DNA from: Tubiluchus corallicola
Lineage: Eukaryota > Animalia > Priapulida
Length of the DNA: 64,000 nucleotides
Reading direction: 5' to 3'
Assembly (NCBI GenBank): GCA_030141605.1
Contig: JAQGDQ010000394.1
Location: 152,241 to 216,240, forward strand
In this document: one piece after another, positions 25,001 to 37,000 of the stretch
How positions within the stretch are numbered: the first letter of the stretch is position 1
Layout: the number at the start of each line of letters is the position of its first letter
Position numbers and translations under genes: made by a program
Notes under the pieces: model-generated
Databases searched by the model: none
What the model saw: the letters and a program-made list of their open reading frames with translations, nothing else
Told to the model about the DNA's origin: nothing

Positions 25001-28000
25001 GGGCACATTCATCAATTTGGGATAAAAAGAATTACAAGATTAGATTACGTGGACTATAATGAACCTCGTCCCACAAGCTCAGCATGTCGCAACCATGGCA
25101 ACCTGACCGCAAGGATGCTGCAAGTATTACGTTCATTTGATCTGGTGTGAATAATACATGCATGTGGCAGAATCGCTGATTGACTTTCTCACATCTTGCT
25201 CATGAATACATAATAAGTGTGGAAACAGTCTTGTCATATCAACTGATTTTCAATACCTTAAAGCTCAATAATGAATAAATTACAACAACAGTATGAGAGA
25301 TCTAAGGCGGGCTCTAGTGCGTGCTTGTTTAGTTACTACAATGGCTGGAAGTTATAGCAGATTGCTTTTTGCCAATCTAGATGTACCATGCTGTTTAGGG
25401 CAGCAGGTCAGTTTGTCTAGTGACCAAACGGGACCAGTTAGCTTGGTGGTACCTGCCTCTTAAGAAACTAATTACAGTGTACAATAATCAAAAGAAACGA
25501 AAGGTTTTAATAATGAATGCACGAATGCATGTCTACTCATATACCAAGTTTTGCCCATGATGCTATAAATATGCAAATATTAAAATTTTAAGGTTAAACT
25601 TGCAAGATAAAAGGAAATATCGACTGTGCCTGAATTTGAACCAGGAACCTATACATTACTAGCTAAACATCTTAGACAACCAAACTGCTGTTGTCGCAAA
25701 ACAACTAATGCCAATTATATGTTAAAAGTTCAATAAACAACCTAATATTTTCTAATTTTAGTTTAGAAATTACAAATCGATTTGATTAACTTTATAATTA
25801 ATTCAAAGCTTAGCATTTAATCAAGTTTCATTGCAATTTTTTCACATTTCCTTCATTTCAAGCTTCACATCTCACACTTGACACCCAAGTATTCATGTCA
25901 TTATTAAATGATAATCTCACAATTATGATTTATAAATAATCAAGCATTACAAGAGTTTATCTTTAACATGACATTTCAATGCTGTGCAAGTGTTTACCTT
26001 TATCATTACCTTTGCATTACGGCTTCAATTTACCAGTTTCTCATTAACAGACACTTACAAAGCTGTCAAAAGAATTAGGTGCTTATTTCAGAAATAAACG
26101 CAAAACTTTTAGACTATTAGTAAGACTTTTCTAATTCAGATTCATTAACGTAAGTGCCAGTCAGTTACAATAAACTTTGACAAACACTTTAACACCTGCA
26201 TATTTTATACGATTGTAAATTTTATAATAGCCAAGTTATAAATGTTAAAAGAACGTTCTCACTCTTTTGTCTGTGATTTGCACTCTCAGTGATGCATTAT
26301 GCCATGGCAGGGCCCCTAGAGGCTTCAAGCTTCTTTTTCCCCTTCCACACAATTACAAATGAAGCAATCAATGGAATAACAAAGAAAATAATATCATTTT
26401 ATCAAACAATCTTTAATTACCATGAAGCAAACAATATAAAAACACAAGTACTATACTGTAATGTTAAACCTAAACGTATGTATCCAGCTACTTAATACTC
26501 ATTAATTTCTCAACAAACTGATCCAGATGATGAAATATGATTTTTTATTTCACACATAAAACTAAAACATGGTCAGAAAAGCAATATTATCAATGAGCAA
26601 GTTTAGTTTGTGTGATGGGAGTGTAGGACCAAATGATCAAATTTAATTTCCACAGCACAGACATTTCTACGCGTATTACTGTCAGCTTTTCATTTTTCAG
26701 AGAGGAAGAACTAAAACAGGCCCTACACTTTGTGGGTTCTCCAAGATTCAGCCTAGTCACCCTGATGGATAACGTGACACTAGACACTCTCTATAGCACT
26801 TGTAGGACTAGTATGTCTAGAAAACTACGCTCCAAATTATTTTTATCAGCGACTGATTTTATGACATTAACATAGGCGAGTAGATAAACTTGCATCTTAA
26901 ACAAATTGCTTTTATACAAACCTTCATGTAATTTATTCATGCTTACTGGTCACTGGTCATATTCGTACCCTTTCATTGTAATTGTCTGGTGCATTTTTAA
27001 CCTATTTTACATACTATGCTCTTTATTACTTTGTAATAAATGTTCACATCATGAAAATATTATTATTATTATTAATAACTTTATATCTCTATCCCTGAAT
27101 ACTTGTTTCTAAGTGAACAGTAGGCAATAGAATACTTTTATAATACTGAAAAGTAAACTTAAGTTTACCAAAAAACCTCTTATTTCTTACAAATGTTCTG
27201 TTTTGCATATGATATAGAAAATTGTTTGTAACCTGCCCACTAATTCAGTTACAGAGTTTCAGCCCGAATGTAAAACTAGTTAGCTACGGTCGGTGTTAGT
27301 TACTAACCAAAACTAGTTAGTTATGGTCGGTGTTAGTTTCTAACCAAAACTAGTTATTATATGCATAGATAATTCATGTGCACTAATGGACTAACATGAC
27401 CAGGGAAGCTGTCCCAGATTAATCTCCAATAAAGCAAAATTCTCAGACCAGCAGCACAGAGATCTAAGCCAATCTCGATCTCAATGCATCATAAACCAAG
27501 CCAGTTGTAGGATTATAATTGAGTCGCAATGATACGCCAGCAGCACGATGCAGCATTGTACAGAGAGTAAAGATTTCATTAAATGATGCGGAGAAATTGA
27601 TCCAAATAATATCACATTCATTAGTTGCGATGCCCAGGGAATCATGGGATGCGATTGCGAGCGGTAACCGTCGAGGAGCAATGTACTCTCCGGTGGCAAT
27701 TAAAAATAGATTGTGCCGAGTAACAATAAAAATGTTATTGCACTTGTTCTAGATTGTGAACATGAGGAAATACAGGTCCACAGTGGAGCAGGTTATGCTA
27801 GAATAGAGGCACATAATAGATTTCTACTGAGTAATAAAATTAATTGTTACTTCCTGTACAAAACGTAATAAAACATGGGTTGTTATGAATTCAAATTGAG
27901 TGATTGCAATGAATAAACCGACAGATTGAAATTAACCAAAGTGTGCAAGCTCAACTATAGGAAGAACTCAACATAGATGGGTGTAGCAAGACTGGAACTT

Positions 28001-31000
28001 ATCCCAATAATAAGAATGATTCTCTAAGGCAGGACATTGGACCAAACTGCGACCAGTACCATCAGTGTCCAGCCAGGTTTTGCTCGGACAAAGTAATGAC
28101 CCATGTCAACAGTATAATAGATAAAAGCATCTTGGAATAGGCAATGAGCCTAGCAGACGCATCCAATCACTGACCATGCTCTGCATTGCTTAACTTTGTT
28201 TGCAGTACCCACTTAGTCATTTTCCCTAAGTAATGGTGGTCATCTGTAGGATCACTGACCAGGCTCTGCACTGCTTAACTTTGTTTGCTAACCACCTGCA
28301 GTACTACTCAGGTGTTTTGCCTAATAATGAAATGAGTTAATGATGAATAGTTTCAAACAGCTCTGCTTGACAGTAAATTCTACGTAGTGAATAGCTAACC
28401 TTACTAAATCATTCTGCCACAAACAAATATTGGAAAATTTGTAGGAATGTAACAACCCGCACCCGAATGTAGAGACATTGTTCGTGTGTCTATTTGCCTA
28501 TCAATTTGGTATTTTGGGCAATGTGATAATCACAGAATATAGTTTGAAAGCTGCAGGAATATTACACTCAAACGTTTTGAACTGGTCCTGGGAAATATCA
28601 CAAATTGCACTGAGATAATGTGATCTTGAGAAGGTTTCCAGATTGTCATTTTCATCAAATTTATTTAGATGTTGAAATGTATCTTAGTGGCATTACTTAA
28701 TTGATCTTTTGCTCTTTCCTACACATACATCACTATCGATAAACTCTTATTTTGTTCCAAATGTTTATTGATAACTCTGTCCGAAATATGGTTCTGGTTT
28801 ATATTAATGTCATTAACGTTACAGTAATTTATGTAATAAAGCTTTATATCATCTTCTATAATTAAGGGCTAAAAGTTGAAACGTTAGACTAATAAAGATG
28901 TTCACAATGTCTTTCTACATTTGGATGAGCACTGGATAGTTGAGTCTTGTGTCTAAAATCTTTTCTAAGCTTTTGTATCAGAAATAGCAAAAAAAACTTA
29001 AACTTCTACAGAAAAACTGCATATCTACAGTCAGTAGCTGCCAGGCAAATTAGGCAATACGCATAAAAATCTCTAGGGCAGTAGATATTACACATTATTA
29101 ATTATTAACCAGTGACATTAACACATGGATAATGACCCAAATACTGCAACCTGATTAAACAATGAAATTCCCATGTTATCAAATTACATCACGGTCATTC
29201 ACACAAAACCGAACTATTATAATAGTTGTAACGCTATGACCAGCCCAAATGCAATTACGACACCGTGTCAAGTTTCAAATGTTGGCGATGGGAAAGGGAG
29301 GAGGGGGAGGGTGGGTCAGTAATAAGATATAATGCAAATTGAAAAGCTTAGTTCCAATTTAATCTATTTCTAACACAAAACCTGTACATGTATGTGCTTG
29401 TCCATTAAGAAACATATAAAAAACCTTACAAATGTGATTGACTAATTAATTACATCTGTGTTTTTTCCAATTTTAAACTTCTTAATCAATGATGAGATTT
29501 TCAACAGCTTCAACTGCTGGAATTTTAGAAGTCAGGCTTATGGGAAATGGGAAAAGTCTGGTAATGAACAGCATGGTTTTGAACCAGGGACTTTGAGATG
29601 AATAATACACACCTCGACTCGTAAGCGCTCCCTGTCTTTCTCTAGCATGTATGTGACATCATCACCTTGCGCAGTGTCTTGTGCATGCTTCTTTTTCTCT
29701 TCTTCTAATTCATTCACAACCTGCAGGAGATAAAAGTCTGGTTAGGCCGGCCACATTTGTTCCTGTCTTACCTCATGAGCTCAAAAAATGTCGTGAATGT
29801 TTAGAGCTAAATTGTGGAATATTTAAAACTGGTTGAAACCAAAGTTTGTTTATTTCCCACTGGTTAGCAGCAACGTTTTTAATTTTTTTCAACGCACATT
29901 TTTTTCACGCTTTGTTTTTTAGTTTCTCATCACTCAAACGATTTGGCATCCATTATCGATGCAACAAAAATCACAGACGGATTCACAAATGTTTTTAATG
30001 AAGAATTCTTTTTCTATGCTTTCTTGCAAAACAAATATTTTAAAACCATCACAGGTTTCTTTCTCTGTGTTTATATGAGCAACATGGCACACCTTGAAAT
30101 GTGAGATTGTAGAAGAGCCCTAATAAAAATACAAAAAGTGACCTCCCATAACCAACATCACCGCCATGCAAGCCCCATTAACCGTTACATTGAAAAGAAA
30201 AAGTATACACATAAATAATGCTAAAAACATCCATGAATCAGCCTATGATTTTTGGTATACTGAATACTTTGAAAAGTATTTTTGATAAGCAAACTGGTAA
30301 AACCAATCTGTAGTGCATGACTGAATGTAGGTGTGGCTTCATACAACTTTACTGGAAAAGAAGCCATAGAAGCTTGCAACATGTACGGACTCTTGATCAT
30401 GAATATGAAATACTGTGGCTTCCTTCATACACACTTTCTTGACAATACATTCTTTATTGTGACCTTGATAACTCAAAGCAGTTGTTCAATTACATGACTA
30501 GTTCAATATACAAAGAAGCCTGTCTCGTACCTTTGAATGTCGCTTCTCCGCTGCATGCAGATGCTCTTTCATCCTCCGATGAGCTTGTTTCTGTTGGGAG
30601 ATGAGTGCTTCTAGTTGCTGAAGCTGATTTTCATACATCTGCTTGATCTGGCTTTCATCAAAGCTTGCATCAGGACTGGTTGTGGAGTCTCGGATTAATG
30701 CAGCGTACGGGTCATCCAAACCAAACTTCCCGTACTTTGCTTGATATAGCAAAGATTTAGCCTTTTCTGACTGAAATGTGAATGAACAGGATCAATACAA
30801 ATGAGAAGTTGTTTCAGAATTTCATAAGAGAGTTATTTTGTAAATCCACAATGTGACAAGTCACATAAGAGACGAGCTTTTTACTCGAAATTTCTTGAAT
30901 GGCAAAACTAACTAACAGAATCAAAGTCTTGGGTTCAAAACCAACATATTTCATGATTTCTTAGCCTTCTTAGTTTTAATTTAAACTGCTAAAAATTATT

Positions 31001-34000
31001 TGCTAATCAATGACAGACTGTGTTTTATAAACAATATTTCAGAAGTTACAGGATTTAAACTGCAATGTTAACTTGGCGGGTCACTTTTACAAGAACCTTT
31101 TTCTTCTCATGCAATTTTGCAATTCATCATTAGATATAAGTTAATTACAACGTAACTTATACATTAGAAAATAATGGCAAGACTTTGTGCACCAAGCCTT
31201 AATAGAGCGAGCTCTAAATCCTACAACATTAGAACTATAATGTAATTAAGTGACCCATTGAAATAAAAAGAGATTCACGAAGACCATGTTTTTATTTTAA
31301 AACAGTGTTGGCACATCACCTGGCATAACTAACCTGCAACATTGCTGTCATTTTCCAACTAAGAAACATTTCAAAATAACACGACTTGCTAACAGTCAAA
31401 GCTAAAACAACTTTGCAACCGGTTCAGTTAATATTTAAGTTTTCTGGCTGACAATGCATTTTATTTTAAATTAGAAAAATTCTCAGAAAAAACGTTAATG
31501 GATCACATAAATACAACTGAAACTCCATGATTCTGTTAAGTACAAATGTAAATAAGCACTGATCAGGGCCGTCTTAACAACATTATGGGCCTCCAAGTAA
31601 AGCAGTGTACTGGGGCTTCTATCTGCACAATTACTCACAAGAATAAAAATGTTAATGGTCGATAAAATTAAACATATATTTATTGTGTTGCTACTTTCAG
31701 AAAAATCAGTGTTTAAACTGTTTAAACATTAAAAACATGCTGTACAGAAAAGATTAATCAACAAAAACCGTTTCATTAATGCCAATGTCCACTTTTAACA
31801 CAATGACAAATATTTATAGTTTAGTATAGCATAGTATTTATTAATTGGCAGCAAGCGTCACAACATGCATAGATTACCATAGTGCCCTTACGCTTGTGGA
31901 ACACCTGTCCAGCAAGACACACAACACACATAGATTAGCATAGGGCCCCTATGCTCGTGCGGCCTCCAGGCTAATGCCCAGTTTGCGCATATGTTAAGAC
32001 GACACTGATAAAGGAAGGGTAGCTGACTCGACCCACTTAACCACTGCCTTCTTTTACTTTTGTGTAAACTTTACAAGTTTAATCAATTGCATTCTTTATG
32101 TAAATATGCTTAGAAGAGATCAATAAACATATCTATATCTATTTTTATATCTATGTTTATTCCACTATCAAACAGTCCACATGGCGGGCAGTCTGAGATT
32201 CTGAGTCAGTGGTTTTAGGTGACTCAATGTTAAGATGCAAAAACAATAAAAGTTTACACTGCAATTTCCGTGCGACTGATTTTACGATTCTGGAAAGATG
32301 AAGAATATAAGTGTTTACCCGTAGCGTTGCTATGACAACTTCGCGTGCTTGTAGCTCACCCTCTAGGTAGCTCAGGAGTTGAAGTAGTTCCGTTTTTGAA
32401 AGCTCAAGCATCTTGGGATGCCTCTGTAATAGAAAAATGACTTTATCTTATAATAAACGTCTTCATATAGATAGATCCATTGTGCGACACACATATGTGC
32501 ATTAAAAAAACTCTTTCAAATTTCATGTTTTTTTAACAAAATGCTTTGCAAACTGAAATATCATATTCAGTTTTTCTATTTTCTTTTACCTTTTTTAGTT
32601 TTCACCGAATCCAAAATGCTGAATGCAGACAGAATGAAAATTTGATCAAGAAACAAAAATTGAACGCACATTTTTTTAACTTTTCAGAGTCTGTTATGTT
32701 TGTTATTGTAACAACGACGGCCAGGCTTCTGGTTGCTAATAAGATTATAGATCATAAGTAAAACGAATATCACTGATTATTTGGAAGAAAGTTCAGCTTG
32801 TCTAAATTTACCAATCTACAAAAATTTTTACTGCAAAAATAAATAGTAGAGGTATAAAAAAGTTTAAAAAGTAAACTAAAAGCAAAAGATCTTATGTCAA
32901 CAAAAACAATTGTTGATAGTTAATATATACATATAAACATAAATATCAAGCTATAAGCATCATTCAGCCAATTCCTTTACGCAGAAGCAATTTTAAACGA
33001 ATTAAAAAACAGAGTTTGCAAAAAAATGTTAACTATTCCTCAATACAGTTTATGTCTATGATATGTTTACGCCTACACGAAGGTGTTATAAATAATTCAG
33101 AAAAACAACCCCTATATCAGTAAATAAATGAAAACCAGTTTAAAATGCTGATAAGCCTGTAAATATAGGTCCAACAGACCTTGACATTTCAACAGCATGT
33201 AACAGCTGACACACAAGATCATGTAGAAAGTTTTTTACATTGACTTGTCAATTGTCATAATGCTCAGCTACATTGACGGAATAAAAAAATGAAAGGGAGG
33301 CAGTATTTATAAATAAGCGCCAAAAAGATATGAAGCTAATTAGGACAAGCTGGGAAGAAGCTGTGATTATTCATCTAAGCAACGCTTGGATGAGTCAGAT
33401 GCTTGAAACACAGATGCTGAGCTCAGTAGGTTAACAAATTCACTAGCAGTGAAGATAATTTGCAGCTTAGCAATTCAAATCAACATTAAAGCTTTTAATC
33501 ACATTTTTCATTATCAGGATAAATTTATGGGACTTGATATATTTAAATAAATACAGGTGTTAAAGGTTCACCTAACAATACATTGTGTTAAAGGTTCACC
33601 TAACAATACATTGTGTTAAACGTTCACCTAACAATACATTGTGTTAAAGGTTCACCTAACAATACATTGTGTTAAAGGTTCACCTAACAATACATTGTGT
33701 TAAAGGTTCACCTAACAATACATTGTGTTAAAGGTTCACCTAACAATATATTGTGTTAAAGGTTCACCTAACAATACATGGTGTTAAAGATTCACCTAAC
33801 AATACATTGTGTTAAAGGTTCACCTAACAATACAAGGTGTTAAAGGTTCACCTAAAATTACAAGGTGTTAAAGATTCACCTAACAATACACTGTGTTAAA
33901 GGTTCACCTAACAATACATTGTGTTAAAGGTTCACCTAACAATACATTGTGTTAAAGGTTCACCTAACAATACATTGTGTTAAAGGTTCACCTAACAATA

Positions 34001-37000
34001 CATTGTGATAAAGATTCACCTAACAATACATTGTGTTAAAGATTCACCTAACAATATATTGTGTTAAAGGTTCACCTAACAATACATGGTGTTAAAGATT
34101 CACCTAACAATACATTGTGTTAAAGGTTCACCTAACAATACAAGGTGTTAAAGGTTCACCTAACAATACAAGGTGTTAAAGATTCACATAACAATACACT
34201 GTGTTAAAGGTTCACCTAACAATACATTGTGTTAAAGGTTCACCTAACAATACACTGTGTTAAAGGTTCACCTAATAATACATTGTAAACTTACTTCAGT
34301 AGAATCAGAACAAAATTTTTAAAACCTAGTTAAGTTTATACTACAAATATAAATTATAATGAAATCATACAGCAAAATTATATAAAAGCCTAGTGCATGA
34401 AATTTTAAAACCGTCTAAGTTAAGGCTAGGCGAGTCGAGTTTTGTTAGAAGTAGCAATATATGTTTCAGCACTCATTAGCTAGCAATGTATCTTAAAACT
34501 AATTCATTAATTGGCATAGTTGCCCCAGAAGAAAAGAAGACTTTGTTCAAATCTAAACTGAGTCACAAGACAGGCTTTCCACAGATTACAATCTACTTCA
34601 GTTCGAAGCTGTTATAAATGTAACGTTTATAAGCTCAAGGAATTTATAAAAATTCAGCACATACCTACTTAGTCATAAGAACCTTACTAAAGCACACAAA
34701 TAAGTTTTTAAAATGTGTACGGACAACCATAATTAATAATAATCAATTTAACAGTAAATTGAAGAAGACAAAAACATACAAAGTACAATGGAGACCATAA
34801 AAGAACAAGTTAAGTTTAAGTTATTTATTTCTCCAAAGCACATAGCAAGTAAAAATAAGAGCTTAATGGCTTAAAATGATACACAGAAAAATTAAGCTTG
34901 AACCCTTAAAACAAAAAATAAATTATGACAATTTGAAATACCACAATATACAAATTACAGAAATTAGACCTATAGGCTTACAAAAAAAATAGCAGCATTC
35001 TGTTTTAATTAAGCAGTTGATGAAATACAGCTCATTCTGTATTAAATTAAGTCACATGAGGTGAGCATTGTCTACAGTGGACAATGGGAGAGCAAAACCT
35101 CTAATGTCATGTGACATAAGCATTGTTCACAGTCGACAATGGGAGAGCAAACTTCTAATGTCATGTGACATAAGCATTGTTTACAGTCGACAATGGGAGA
35201 GCAAACTTCTAATGTCATGTGACATAAGCATTGTTTACAGTCGACAATGGGAGAGCAATACCACTAAGAGGAGAGCAAACAGCTTGCTACAAGCTACAAG
35301 CACAAGAAGAGCTAACAAGATTCCTCTATGTTTCCCAGTTCAGTATCAGCAAGTACAAATATTTTATAAGTGAGTAAACAGCAGTCGGAATCTGTTCAAC
35401 ATCTTGCTAAGTTAGCTGCTCTCTGAGGGTGCACAACTAACTATAACATGTGCCTGGCAGATGTCTTCCTCTAGCTGTCAACTCCAAATGTTATTCAACT
35501 GAGCCAGTGAAGCTATTAGTAAAAACTCTTGATGGCCTTCCTTTCTCCCCCACCGATTCATACCCTTTGCTCTGGAAAAGCTGCGCAGAGGATCTATTAA
35601 AAATCATAAAATCTTATCTGAATTAGTTAAATTTTTATCGCTTTTCTCTCTGGCAACTTAGTTTTACATTTACCATTCTGTAATTTTGGATAACATCTAT
35701 ATTACCTAAAATTATAGAGCCTAAGTCTGAAACCAAGTTACCAGAAAGAAAAAGAGAGAAAAAGTTTAAATAATTTAGACTCTCTTTAACTTCAGAATCA
35801 ACAAGCTTTTGCACTATTTAATAATTTCACTATTTATTGCCTAGGGTCTGTCACTTACAAGTACAATATATTACTAGACATAGATCTGGCATCATAATAT
35901 TGCTATAAATGGCTGTGACTGCAGGACCTGACCCAAGATGACTAAATTTTGTCAAATGACATACAACATAAAAGCACGCAGGTCTGCAATGACGTGGAAC
36001 AATTCAACTAAAATGTAAAGCAATTCTACTCTAAACTAACCTATTACCAAATGTTATATTGCAGTAAACATCTGACTATTCAGTAATAACTCAAAGTAGT
36101 AAACATGTATGTACACAAAAAAACATATACAGAATAATCATACCTCTAGTTAGCAACACGACAAGCAGTATATATCCCAAACGAGTTTATACATTTTTAT
36201 TGCAGCAAGAATATAGATTTTAAAGTTATATGTCAAAAGCATTGCTACAAAAGATCAATAGTAAACCCCTAAAAGTTAAAACTAATTGATGCCCATGATG
36301 GAATAGAGCAAAATAAATGTTTGTTATTTTAACAGACCACGACCAGCAATGCTACAGCCTAAAATCTGATACTGCTCTCTCTTTAATAAAACTATAAGAA
36401 TTCATATTGCAAGTTAGGCCTTAATTTATACACTACACCAAACTGATGTAGGTTTTGCAATTCCTCAATTGACAATATGATGTTAAAACTGAATCTCAAA
36501 ATTAAAAATTTAATGTTGCATTAGTCATTTTCCAAGCATTTTTTGTAAAACACAATGGAAATTTCCTAACTAGTTTTTCATGCAAAATATGACAGTGCAT
36601 GTATCAAACTAATTTAAAGTAATTACCATTATTAATTATTACATTATTATGTAGTTTGACGTTTTAAATCAATCATCTATTTAACTTCACACTTGCTTAA
36701 AACTACTTCAATAATTATTTTTTGTGAATTACATTCAGCCAAGATTGGTTCTTGTGTGCTAATTCTTAGTTACTAGCATGAACAAGCAGCACAGAACACC
36801 ATGTTAATCTAGGAATGCCAGGCTATAGATGTTGAAATTTGGCTTTAGGTTATCTAGACTGTTTTGCATTCGAAAAACCATAATGTCTAGATATTTGGAG
36901 ATCTTATACAGCAATGGTAACAACATATTTGTTATAAATAGCCCGTATTTAATATAAATGATAAAAAAATTAAACAATTAATATAATTACTTATTTTTAT

